Source: Candidatus Omnitrophota bacterium (GTDB lineage Bacteria > Omnitrophota > Gorgyraeia > Gygaellales > Profunditerraquicolaceae). Taken from it: DNA of 48,031 nucleotides. The notes beneath the pieces were generated by a model. The model was not told where the DNA came from, made no database searches, and was given only the letters and a program-made list of their open reading frames with translations. The position numbers were made by a program, and so were the translations under genes. The number at the start of each line of letters is the position of its first letter. The first letter of the stretch is position 1. Shown here piece by piece: positions 10,811 to 19,865 of the stretch. The DNA is taken from the NCBI GenBank assembly GCA_026387385.1, contig JAPLLU010000091.1:1-48031 (forward strand), in the 5' to 3' direction.

Positions 10811-10811
10811 T

Positions 10812-12143
10812 TTAATCTGCCCCTTCTCCGTCATGCACTACAGCTTTTACTTCTTCTCCTTTGTGCTTACGCACAATAACGCGTTTTAAGGTTACATACT
10901 TATCTACTAATTCTCTATTATTTACCGAATTGAGTTGCTTAAACAGAAAATCAAATTTATCCTCGATTTCCTTTGCGATTGCGCTCCTGGCTTCAGCAGA
11001 AAGCCCCATAATATCCTTCTTAAATGGCCCGAGTGCTTTTTTACGCGTCTTATAGAAAAATTGTTCCTCTGTTTCCCCTTCTTTCCGCTCTGAAGCGGCA
11101 TTGGTTTTTAACCAATCATACATCTTCGTTTTTAAATCAACGGGAAAATGCTTGCTTTCATAAATCATGTTCTGAAATTCCGTGGCCAGATGCACCTCAC
11201 AGGTTTCTGTCTCCGGGAATTTATGGAATGCCTCAGCCGGTAGCGTAGATGCTCCGTGCTGGACTGCTCCGGCTAAACCATATTCTTTCCTGGCAATTTC
11301 AGAAAGGCCTTTTAAGGTATTAAAGTCTAGTTTCACCTGTGCTATTGTTCCATCAGGTAAAACTACTCCTCCATGAGAAGTCCCTGTCTGAACTGAAATC
11401 TTACTTATACCGATTAATCCTTTGCGTAGCCTCTCTCTAAACCCAAGCATAAACGCATGCAGGTCTTCTGGAGTAGAATTCTGATGCCCTACTTCGCCTA
11501 TCTCGCCGCCTACGGAAACGGTTATGCCCCTAGGCTCAATCTGCCGGATAAACTGTGTGAGTTTTGCACAGACTTCATAGTTAAAACGCTGCTGCTTTTT
11601 CACATCCGGCTTGGATAAATCCACTAAAGTAGAAGAATCAATATCGATGTTATAAAATCCGCAGGAGACGCAACCGGCAATTATTTCTTTTAAACTCTCA
11701 ATTTCTTTTTCCGGGTTTTCATTAAACTTCTTAGCATTTGCCTGAGTATGGTCTGCCTGAATAAATACAGGACCCTTAAAATCTTCCTTTATGGCTGCTG
11801 CCAGGATTACGCTTGAATATTCCAGTGGTGGTTGAGCAGTGTATCCCATCTCTGACTTGGCAATCTCAAAGATAAACGCGCCGCAATTATTTTTCTTAGC
11901 TACCCTGAATATTGCCTTGGCTAAATCATAGGTCATACTCCTTAAGTTTATCGCCGGAACTGTAAAGCCGCCAAACCCCCCTTTTCCGCGCTCAATATAA
12001 AACTGGTGAATGCTGGAAGGATAAATTTCTTTTTTATAAGCCATATCAAAAATCTTTTTGGCTAATATTTTCTTTTTTGCTACATCATCCGTCATTATCA
12101 AATCCATTGCAATTTTTTCTACATCAAGTGGCCTCCTGCCCAT
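10812..12143 (-). CDS. Class II (metal-dependent) fructose/ketose-bisphosphate aldolase family protein, long 443-aa form
   Basis: Pattern of the PF01116-type fold: FTVPAINLRS..., FIQADH, QTGTSHGG, AVQHGASTLP. AGGAG RBS upstream. Adjacent to pfkA. Confidence 0.7.
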   Translation of the reverse strand: MGRRPLDVEKIAMDLIMTDDVAKKKILAKKIFDMAYKKEIYPSSIHQFYIERGKGGFGGFTVPAINLRSMTYDLAKAIFRVAKKNNCGAFIFEIAKSEMGYTAQPPLEYSSVILAAAIKEDFKGPVFIQADHTQANAKKFNENPEKEIESLKEIIAGCVSCGFYNIDIDSSTLVDLSKPDVKKQQRFNYEVCAKLTQFIRQIEPRGITVSVGGEIGEVGHQNSTPEDLHAFMLGFRERLRKGLIGISKISVQTGTSHGGVVLPDGTIAQVKLDFNTLKGLSEIARKEYGLAGAVQHGASTLPAEAFHKFPETETCEVHLATEFQNMIYESKHFPVDLKTKMYDWLKTNAASERKEGETEEQFFYKTRKKALGPFKKDIMGLSAEARSAIAKEIEDKFDFLFKQLNSVNNRELVDKYVTLKRVIVRKHKGEEVKAVVHDGEGAD

Positions 12144-12159
12144 AATGCTCGCTCCTTCT

Positions 12160-13125
12160 TTAAGTCAAGATTCTAACTAAACGGTATAAACTATCCAAAT
12201 CCATTTCTTTCTTTTCCATGGCGGACTTTATATCCGTAATATTTAAATTTTCGCCTTTAACCCCCACTGATTTTCCGAATTCACTTTTCAAAATAAGGTC
12301 GACTGCCGCAGTGCCTAGTTTTGCTGCTAAGATTCTATCATTTGCGGTTGGAGCCCCTCCTCTTTGCACATGCCCTAAGACTACGGTCCTTACTTCTAAA
12401 TCCGTCATTTCTTCGATCTTTGTGCCGATCTCTTTAGCGCTACCGGCCCCTTCTGCCACAACAATAATCCAGGAAATCTTACCTTTCAGATTACCCTGAA
12501 CAATATCATGGCAGATCTTCGAAAAATCCAATTTCTTCTCAGGAATCAAAATCTCCTCGGCTCCCGAAGCCAACCCTACATGCAGGGCAAGCAAACCGCA
12601 GTCTCTTCCCATTACCTCAACTACAAATATCCTCTCCATAGAGGTAGCAGTATCTCGTATTTTATCTATAGCCTCTAACGCGGTATTGACTGCTGTATCA
12701 TAACCTAAAGTGCGGTCAGTTCCATTCAAATCATTATCTATGGTAGAGGCAATGCAAACTAAAGGAATCTTCCATTTATTAAATAGTTCCCAGGCTCCTC
12801 TGTGTGTACCGTTACCGCCGATAATAACCAAGGCGTCAATATTATTCTTTTTTATCGCCTGCACCGCCCTTATTTGACCTTCTTCTGTCAGAAGTTCAGG
12901 ACACCGCGCTGTCTTTAAAATAGTCCCGCCGCGATTGATAATATTTGATACTGAGCGATGATTAAGCTCTTTTAGTTCTTCATTTATCAGTCCAGCATAA
13001 CCGCGGAATATCCCTACAACTTCTAATTTGTTGTGAATGGCGTAACGTACAACAGTACGAATAGCCGCATTCATCCCGGGACAATCTCCACCGCTGGTCA
13101 AAAGTCCGATTCTTTTTATTTGCAT
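12160..13125 (-). CDS. pfkA: ATP-dependent 6-phosphofructokinase
   Basis: 321 aa: IGLLTSGGDCPGMNAAIR, IGGNGT, TIDNDL, MGRDCG. Confidence 0.92.
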   Translation of the reverse strand: MQIKRIGLLTSGGDCPGMNAAIRTVVRYAIHNKLEVVGIFRGYAGLINEELKELNHRSVSNIINRGGTILKTARCPELLTEEGQIRAVQAIKKNNIDALVIIGGNGTHRGAWELFNKWKIPLVCIASTIDNDLNGTDRTLGYDTAVNTALEAIDKIRDTATSMERIFVVEVMGRDCGLLALHVGLASGAEEILIPEKKLDFSKICHDIVQGNLKGKISWIIVVAEGAGSAKEIGTKIEEMTDLEVRTVVLGHVQRGGAPTANDRILAAKLGTAAVDLILKSEFGKSVGVKGENLNITDIKSAMEKKEMDLDSLYRLVRILT

Positions 13126-13137
13126 CTTATAATTATA

Positions 13138-13168
13138 GGCTCAAAGCTCCAGGCTCCAGGCTCCAAGC
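13138..13168 (+). repeat. Family E heptamer-repeat element, single arm (copy E1)
   Basis: ggctcaaagctccaggctccaggctccaagc (GCTCCAG units). It ends in ctccaagctatgtgcc, which resembles the E2 and F terminus ctccaNaNcttatgtcc. Confidence 0.7.
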
Positions 13169-14415
13169 TATGTGCCTAATTCCCAACTGCCAAGATACTT
13201 CTTCTGCTCTTTCGTTAGGGTATCTATTTTAATGCCCATTGATTTCAATTTTAAGCCTGCGATATTCTTATCTATTGCCTCAGGTACGCTATAAACTTCA
13301 TGTTTTAATCCCTTATAGCGCTTGGCAATGTACTCTGCGCTCAATGCCTGATTAGCAAAAGACATATCCATTACCTGTGCCGGGTGGCCTTCGGCTGCAG
13401 CCAGGTTTATTAAACGCCCCTCTCCTAAGAGATAAATCTTACGGCCGTCTCTCAGGGTATATTCATCCACAAACTCGCGGATACGTTTTTTCTTTCGGCT
13501 TAATTTTTCTAAAGCAGAAATATCTATTTCCACGTTAAAATGCCCGGAGTTAGCTACAATAGCGCCCTCTTTCATCACCTGAAAATGCTCCTTGCGGATT
13601 ACATCAATGTCTCCGGTAAGGGTAATAAAAATATCGCCTATCTTTGCCGCGTTACTAATCGTCATCACTTGATACCCGTCCATATTTGCTTCTAAGGCAC
13701 GCAAGGGGTCAACTTCCACTACGATTACCTTCGCGCCCAAGCCGGCAGCACGCATGCTAACCCCCTTACCGCACCAGCCATATCCGCAGATTACTACGTT
13801 TAGCCCAGCGATTAGGCGGTTAGTGGCGCGGATTAATCCGTCGAGCGTAGACTGACCCGTGCCGTATCGGTTGTCAAAAAGATGCTTGGTCTCGGCATCG
13901 TTAACCGCGATAATCGGGTATTTAAGTACGCCCTTCTTTTGCATTGCGCGTAACCTGATTACTCCGGTAGTAGTCTCTTCTGTCCCCCCTAATGGGAAAA
14001 ATTTCTTTTCCTTATGTATGACTGAGACTAAATCCGCACCGTCATCCATAGTGATATTCGGCTCGGGAGCCAACGTTGCTTTTATATGTTTATAATAAGT
14101 CTTATTATCTTCTCCTTTTATGGCAAATACAGGGACTTTCAGGTTTTTCACCAGCGCCGCGGCAACATCATCTTGGGTAGAAAGGGGATTAGAAGCGCAA
14201 AGATAAACTTGTGCGCCCCCGGCTTTAAGAGCTCTGACTAAATTTGCCGTTTCTGTGGTAACATGTAAACAGGCGGCAAGGCGCATTCCTTTCAAAGGCT
14301 TTTCTTTTGCGAAACGCTTTTCAATTAAACGCAATACCGGCATATCCTGCCGCGCCCATTCGATACGCAAGGCTCCTTTAGCAGCTAATTTTATATCTTT
14401 GATATCGTACTTCAT
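13168..14415 (-). CDS. ahcY: Adenosylhomocysteinase
   Basis: 415 aa: [31 protein letters not shown]. Confidence 0.92.
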   Translation of the reverse strand: MKYDIKDIKLAAKGALRIEWARQDMPVLRLIEKRFAKEKPLKGMRLAACLHVTTETANLVRALKAGGAQVYLCASNPLSTQDDVAAALVKNLKVPVFAIKGEDNKTYYKHIKATLAPEPNITMDDGADLVSVIHKEKKFFPLGGTEETTTGVIRLRAMQKKGVLKYPIIAVNDAETKHLFDNRYGTGQSTLDGLIRATNRLIAGLNVVICGYGWCGKGVSMRAAGLGAKVIVVEVDPLRALEANMDGYQVMTISNAAKIGDIFITLTGDIDVIRKEHFQVMKEGAIVANSGHFNVEIDISALEKLSRKKKRIREFVDEYTLRDGRKIYLLGEGRLINLAAAEGHPAQVMDMSFANQALSAEYIAKRYKGLKHEVYSVPEAIDKNIAGLKLKSMGIKIDTLTKEQKKYLGSWELGT

Positions 14416-14435
14416 TTATTCTCCTTAACAATTTC

Positions 14436-14588
14436 TTGGCTTCAAGCTGCAAGACTCAAGATTCAAACTTCATGACTCAGGCTTCAGGAAGAATTAAGTT
14501 AGGAGTTCGGAGTTTTGAGTTTGGAGTTATACTCCTAGCTCCAGACTCCTAACTCCAAGCTTATGTCCTGTATCTTATAGCTTGTGGC
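14436..14588 (+). repeat. Family E heptamer-repeat hairpin element (copy E2)
   Basis: Central imperfect hairpin 14497-14554: GGAGTTN x4 (agttaggagttcggagttttgagtttggagt) facing actcctagctccagactcctaact. Terminal box ctccaagcttatgtcc. Confidence 0.8.
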
Positions 14589-14592
14589 AATA

Positions 14593-15665
14593 TTATAATC
14601 TCGCCGCTTCTTTCTTTAATGCCGCTGCCTTATCGGTATTCTCCCAGCTAAACTCTGGTTCCGTCCTGCCAAAATGTCCGTAACAGGCAGTCTTTAAGTA
14701 TATAGGACGCAAAAGGTCTAATGACTTAATCATACCCTGCGGCGTAAGGTCAAAATTTTCCCTGATCTCAGGCATTTATCGGCCAAGCCTGCGGCAACGA
14801 TATTTTTGGCAACATACCTGGCCATATAGGCTGCTGAACGGTCGACCTTCGTGGGATCCTTCCCGGAAAACGCCCCGCCTCCCGGAGCCACTACTCCTCC
14901 GTAGGTATCTACGACGATCTTCCTTCCGGTCATACCTGTATCGGATTGCGGGCCGCCGATAACAAACTTTCCGGTCTCATTAACATAATATTTTGTATCT
15001 TTATCTATATATTCCTTTAATATCGGCTTGGCAATAACATCAATTAACTCCTGACGCGCCTTTTTGGTAATCTTATCACCCGTGGCATCCAGGACCTCTT
15101 CGGTATGCTGACAAGCCAAAACACAAGAATCCACTCTCTTAGGATGGTTATCATGATATTCTACCGCTACCTGAGATTTACTGTCAGGGCCAAGATATTT
15201 TAAGATACCCTTCCTCCTTACTTCAGCCATACGCCTGACTAACTTATGAGCAAGCATTATCGGTAAAGGCATCAATTCCGGCGTCTCGCGGCAGGCATAA
15301 CCTGTCATAAAACCCTGATCTCCGTCGCCGCCTCTATTTACGCCCTGGGCAATATCCGGTGATTGGCTATGTATTGTATTTATAACTGCGCAGGTATGAT
15401 AATCAAAGCCGTATTTAGAATGAGTATAACCTATCTTTTCTAAAACATCGCGGGTGAGATTATTCACATCTACAAATCCGGTTGTGGTAATTTCACCGCC
15501 GACTATCAATAGCCCCATAGTAACATATGTCTCGCAGGCAACCCTGCCGTAGGGATCCTGCCTTAATACATCATCAAGCACGGCATCGGATATCTGGTCG
15601 CAGACCTTATCAGGGTGGCCCTCACCGACTGATTCAGAGGTGAAAAAATGCTTACGCGTTGCCAT
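14593..15665 (-). pseudogene. metK: S-adenosylmethionine synthetase, disrupted by an internal deletion of about 33 codons plus a frameshift
   Basis: The 311-aa ORF (14730-15665) is MetK-like up to ...[37 protein letters not shown], then runs out of frame into [13 protein letters not shown]. The 60-aa ORF (14593-14775) resumes at [36 protein letters not shown]. The segment equivalent to E. coli [33 protein letters not shown] is missing. Confidence 0.8.
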
Positions 15666-15720
15666 AATTCCTCCTATTCAAGAAAATCGCTTCGCGATAA
15701 CTTCAATGCGATTTTAGAGT

Positions 15721-15753
15721 GGTATAGGAAAGTGTTTTATACTTTCCTATACC
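15721..15753 (-). other. Perfect 13-bp hairpin overlapping the nucleotidyltransferase stop codon, in the metK leader region
   Basis: ggtataggaaagt gttttat actttcctatacc. No T-tract follows it in the transcribed (minus) sense. A second 8-bp hairpin, aaaatcgc...gcgatttt, lies at 15682-15715. Confidence 0.5.
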
Positions 15754-16490
15754 ATAAAAAACTTGTGTTTTGCTTCTTCGTAAAATTTATGGTGCCCAAT
15801 ATCAAACCAGCGGCCATGGAATATAAATGCAAAAACGCGCTCCCGCTTAGTAAGCCAATCTATGTAGAAACCAGTCGCGTCATTGTGCGCGGTTTTAACA
15901 TCAAGATATTCTCTTATTAATTTCAGCTTCTCCTTAGGAAAATAATAAAGGCACATTGCTATAAGCGCTGTCTTTGGCCAGTTTGGTTTTTCCTCGAAAT
16001 CTATCACTCTGTTTTCTTTATCTAACTTAATCACGCCGTATTCCCTTGCTGCATGCAACTTCCTTATATTATAAGCGCCTATCACGGGTTTATTCCTGCG
16101 CGCTTTAGCGAAATCCAAAAAAACATTCAAATCTCCGTCAAACAGGTTATCCCCGCCTATAACCAAAAGGTCATCTTTTATGCGCTTTTTATTTACGGCA
16201 AAGTTCATATCGCCTATTGCCCCGCGCCTGTCGCTATGGGTCTTAGTCAAATCATCAACCAGGCTTATGCGTTTCTTAGTCGGATGCTTAGACGCCCAAA
16301 CTTTAAAGCGCGATATAAATTTAGAGTTTGTAACTACAATTATCTCGTTTATCTGGTCTACTGACTCTAACTTATCAATAATATAATCGATTATTGGCCG
16401 GTGTCTTACCAAAAGAAGCGGCTTGGGAAATTCTTTGGTCAGCGGATATAATCTCCTGGCATAACCTGCCGCTAATATCAGTGCTTTCAT
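15747..16490 (-). CDS. Sugar-1-phosphate nucleotidylyltransferase family protein
   Basis: 247 aa: MKALILAAGYARRLYPLTKEFPKPLL is the NTP-transferase G-loop; IGGDNLF is also present. Confidence 0.8.
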   Translation of the reverse strand: MKALILAAGYARRLYPLTKEFPKPLLLVRHRPIIDYIIDKLESVDQINEIIVVTNSKFISRFKVWASKHPTKKRISLVDDLTKTHSDRRGAIGDMNFAVNKKRIKDDLLVIGGDNLFDGDLNVFLDFAKARRNKPVIGAYNIRKLHAAREYGVIKLDKENRVIDFEEKPNWPKTALIAMCLYYFPKEKLKLIREYLDVKTAHNDATGFYIDWLTKRERVFAFIFHGRWFDIGHHKFYEEAKHKFFMV

Positions 16491-16506
16491 ACTTAACTTC
16501 TCTCGT

Positions 16507-16582
16507 CAACAGTCCACAGACCACAGTCCACAGTCCACAGTTATTGTTTTTCTGTCGACAGTCGACTGTCGACTATGGACTA
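16507..16582 (+). repeat. Family D octamer-repeat hairpin (copy D2)
   Basis: Left arm caacagtccacagaccacagtccacagtccacag (about four CAGTCCAC units). Right arm ctgtcgacagtcgactgtcgactatggactat. A C.C mismatch recurs every 8 nt. Confidence 0.88.
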
Positions 16583-17640
16583 TTTTTCAACTGCTCTTTC
16601 AAATAAGTTACTCTATCTACCGGTGTCGGGTCAATACCATACAGTATTGCTAAATAATACGAGATGAAGTCGCCTATATATATTAAAGAAAAGATTCTGC
16701 TTAATAAATCCTCACCCCGTGACCAAATCTCTACGAAACTAACCCCTTCTTTTTTAAGCATTTCGCAGGTTATATCCATTCTCTTTGCTACCCGAGGATG
16801 CATATTTTGATCGCGAAGCATAACCACTACAAAATTCTTAAATAATATTTTAGGGTTCTGCCAGCCTACAATTTCATTATGGTTCATTTCAGGAAAGAGA
16901 TGGCTTGAGGCTAAGGCTTTCGAATTCTCGTTAAGCTGCCCTCTCAAGCGCATTGCCGCCACATCAAAATGTATAGAACCAGAATAGATAACCGTAAATT
17001 TATTCAGAAGTTTTGCGGCAATATATTTAGCGATATTATCTTTTTGTCCTATGCCGGGATTAATATTTCTACGCAATTCCTCTAATAGAGAGGCTGCCTG
17101 ATTAATAGAGGTACTTAGTTCTTTTATCAGGCCTAGTTTAGCTAATAAGCACAAAGGCAGGACGCTTAAATACCCCAAGGCGCATCTTGGCGGTAGGCCT
17201 TGCGGTATCTGTATAAAAGAGACCTTGTCATTTTTGGCATACTCTTGTAATTTTCCTCCTGATGAAATAGCAACTATATTGCAACCTCTTTCTTTTGCCT
17301 GATGATAAACACTCAAAACCTCTTCGGTATTTCCGGAATAACTCGATACAAATACCAGTGCTGAATTATCCGCATAGCGTGGCAGCTCATATTCGCGTAT
17401 GACCGTAATAGGAATTTGGCTTTCAAAATATAAGTACGACCTTACCAGGTCCGCTCCAATAGCTGAGCCACCTAACCCGGCAAAGACAATTTTCTTAAAT
17501 TCTCTTTTTTCAAATAATATATCTGCTTTTTTGGCTAAATCCTGGGCCACTTTAAGCTGCAAAGGAAAATCAAGCAACAGATCCAACATCTTAGACTTAT
17601 CTATCTTTTTTATATTTTTTAGGCTCAAGGATTGTGTCAT
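16573..17640 (-). CDS. Bifunctional phosphoglucose/phosphomannose isomerase (SIS domain, archaeal-type PGI/PMI)
   Basis: 355 aa with tandem SIS features ([19 protein letters not shown]). The last codons overlap repeat D2. It overlaps ptsI by 4 nt. Confidence 0.78.
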   Translation of the reverse strand: MTQSLSLKNIKKIDKSKMLDLLLDFPLQLKVAQDLAKKADILFEKREFKKIVFAGLGGSAIGADLVRSYLYFESQIPITVIREYELPRYADNSALVFVSSYSGNTEEVLSVYHQAKERGCNIVAISSGGKLQEYAKNDKVSFIQIPQGLPPRCALGYLSVLPLCLLAKLGLIKELSTSINQAASLLEELRRNINPGIGQKDNIAKYIAAKLLNKFTVIYSGSIHFDVAAMRLRGQLNENSKALASSHLFPEMNHNEIVGWQNPKILFKNFVVVMLRDQNMHPRVAKRMDITCEMLKKEGVSFVEIWSRGEDLLSRIFSLIYIGDFISYYLAILYGIDPTPVDRVTYLKEQLKNSP

Positions 17641-19367
17641 TTCAAAATCTCCCTTAATCTGGCTTCACAGAATTCCTCGACTTCTTTTCCCGTAGCTAAT
17701 TTCAAAACCTGTTTAGCAATATCCTGCACCTGTTTCAAAGTAACAGAACGAACTAAATATTTTACCTCAGGAACCACCTGCGGCGGCATACTGAATTCAT
17801 CTAAGCCTAAGCCCAGCAGGATCAACACCAAACTTGACTCACCGGCCATTTCACCGCACATCCCTACCCAAATCCCGGCATTGTGTGCTGAATCAATTAT
17901 ATTCTTAATCATCCTTAATACAGCAGGATGGGTAGGCTCATAAAGGTAAGCTACTTTTTCGTTTGTCCTATCAACAGCTATAGAATACTGAATTAAATCA
18001 TTGGTACCGATGCTGAAAAAATCTACCTCGGTTGCTAACAAGTCCGCGGTCATTGCCGCAGAAGGTACCTCGATCATCGCGCCTACTTGGATGTCTTTAT
18101 CATAGGCAATGCCTTCCTTGTTTAATTCTTCCTTTACGTCTTTTAGTATCTTATTTGCCTGTTTTAGCTCCTCTATCCCTGAGATCATCGGATACATAAG
18201 CCTTAGCTTTCCATGCACAGAGGCCCTTAATATCGCCCGAAGCTGCACTTTGAAGATCTGTGGCTGGGCAAGGCAAAATCTGATTGCCCGCCATCCTAAA
18301 AATGGCTGCATCTCTTTGGGTATTTCGAATTGAGATAAAAATTTATCGCCTCCTAAATCCAGGGTACGGATAATTACCGGAGACGGGCTCATCTCTTCAG
18401 CCACATACTTATAAGCCTGATAATGCTCTTCTTCCGAGGGCTGGTCTTTTCTGTTCATATAAAAAAACTCTGTGCGGTAAAGACCGATGCCGTGTGCACC
18501 ATGAAGCTTTGCTGAAGGCACCTCATCCGGTAATTCTATATTGGCGGATATCTCTACTTGCTTACCATCACGCGTAACTGCCGGGAGTTCCTTGACTAAG
18601 AAAAACTTTTCTGTTATGCCTTTAAGTTTTTGTTCCTCTTGTTGATAAGCCTGCAGGATTTCCTCATCAGGATTAATAATCACAATTCCCATGCCGCCAT
18701 CGACTATCAACATATCATCCGTGTTAATCTTTAAGGTTGCATTTTCTAAGCCCACCACAGCAGGTATTTCAAGTGACTTAGCCATGATCGCCGTATGAGA
18801 AGTTTTGCCTCCGATATCCGTAATAAAAGCGCATACTTTCTGCTTGTGCATCGCTGCGGTATCTGAAGGAGAAATGTCATGTGCCACCACTACTACTCTA
18901 TCCTTTACATCTTCCAAAAGCGACCTTTTTTTTCCAAGCAGATTACGCAGGATTCTTTTACCCACGTCATTTATATCTGAGGTGCGCTCTTTTAAATATT
19001 CGTCTTCAATCTTAGAAAAAACCTCGATGTATTTCTTCAGGACCTCTGAAAATATATAAGCCACGCCTACAAGTTCTTTTTTCAGGCGCGAGATGACCTC
19101 TTCTATGAGCATCCTGTCTTCCAGGACCAAAAGATGCGCATCAAAAATCTCCGCCTGGTCCTGACCCATATCGACAGCAATTCTCTTTTGTAGTTCTATA
19201 ATTTCTCTGCGGGTCTGAATTAATGCCTCCTCAAAGAGCTGAATCTGCACAGGTATGTCTTCCTGCTTAATCGGCTGTTTGGGAATAATGAATTCCTCAC
19301 TGCCTACCCTAAAGGCCCTTCCAATACTAATTCCTGAAGCTGCGGCTATGCCTTTAAGTTTTATCAT
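17637..19367 (-). CDS. ptsI: Phosphoenolpyruvate-protein phosphotransferase (PTS enzyme I)
   Basis: 576 aa: [14 protein letters not shown] (active-site His), [20 protein letters not shown]. Confidence 0.93.
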   Translation of the reverse strand: MIKLKGIAAASGISIGRAFRVGSEEFIIPKQPIKQEDIPVQIQLFEEALIQTRREIIELQKRIAVDMGQDQAEIFDAHLLVLEDRMLIEEVISRLKKELVGVAYIFSEVLKKYIEVFSKIEDEYLKERTSDINDVGKRILRNLLGKKRSLLEDVKDRVVVVAHDISPSDTAAMHKQKVCAFITDIGGKTSHTAIMAKSLEIPAVVGLENATLKINTDDMLIVDGGMGIVIINPDEEILQAYQQEEQKLKGITEKFFLVKELPAVTRDGKQVEISANIELPDEVPSAKLHGAHGIGLYRTEFFYMNRKDQPSEEEHYQAYKYVAEEMSPSPVIIRTLDLGGDKFLSQFEIPKEMQPFLGWRAIRFCLAQPQIFKVQLRAILRASVHGKLRLMYPMISGIEELKQANKILKDVKEELNKEGIAYDKDIQVGAMIEVPSAAMTADLLATEVDFFSIGTNDLIQYSIAVDRTNEKVAYLYEPTHPAVLRMIKNIIDSAHNAGIWVGMCGEMAGESSLVLILLGLGLDEFSMPPQVVPEVKYLVRSVTLKQVQDIAKQVLKLATGKEVEEFCEARLREILK

Positions 19368-19370
19368 CTT

Positions 19371-19634
19371 TTATTCCTCGCTGGTTATTACCTTCTCTAA
19401 TTCCGATATGGCCACAGTGGCATCATCGCCTTCGGCTTCTATAATAATTTGACTGCCTTTTTCTGCGCCCAACATCAGGATGCCCATGATAGACTTACCG
19501 TTTACTTCCTCTTCATCGTTTCTAACCGTTATACGCGCATCAAATTTATTTGCCACCTGCACAAATAATGCCGCCGGCCTTGCGTGTAAGCCCTGTTTAT
19601 TTTTTACTGTTAACTTCTTTTTGACTAAACCCAT
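19371..19634 (-). CDS. ptsH: Phosphocarrier protein HPr/NPr
   Basis: MGLVKKKLTVKNKQGLHARPAALFV carries the active-site His. The ORF track extends to a GTG at 19697, but that extension is encoded by the left hairpin of repeat F-A. ATG at 19632-19634 gives a canonical 88-aa HPr. Confidence 0.85.
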   Translation of the reverse strand: MGLVKKKLTVKNKQGLHARPAALFVQVANKFDARITVRNDEEEVNGKSIMGILMLGAEKGSQIIIEAEGDDATVAISELEKVITSEE

Positions 19635-19635
19635 G

Positions 19636-19861
19636 TTAATGAGCCCACAACTTACGTAAACATTAGTGAACGTAAGTTGTTTGGGCGAATTGAGCACCTA
19701 AAGCTTTGGTTTGACGAAATCCCTGTGAGCCTAAGCGAACAAGGATAACCCCACACTAGAGCAGTAATAATCAAATCTATTGCTTTCTGGGTGTGGGATA
19801 AGTTCGGACAGATAAGTTATGTCGCATATATCTTTTGCATAAAGCTCCATAACTTATGTCC
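19636..19861 (+). repeat. Family F tripartite structured repeat (copy F-A), with an extra ~50-nt insert
   Basis: ttaatgagc + hairpin (cccacaacttacg..cgtaagttgtttggg) + gcgaatt + insert + hairpin (ccccacac..gtgtggg) + ataagttcggac + hairpin (ataagTTATGTCGC..gCTCCATAActtat) + gtcc. Confidence 0.88.
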
Positions 19862-19865
19862 TTAC

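Noticed and set aside
15666-15746. Hairpins in the 81-nt metK leader as a possible SAM riboswitch.
   Set aside because: The leader is too short for SAM-I or SAM-IV, and I cannot recognise the conserved cores of the small SAM classes by eye. Only two generic hairpins are present. An Infernal scan would be needed, so no riboswitch is claimed.
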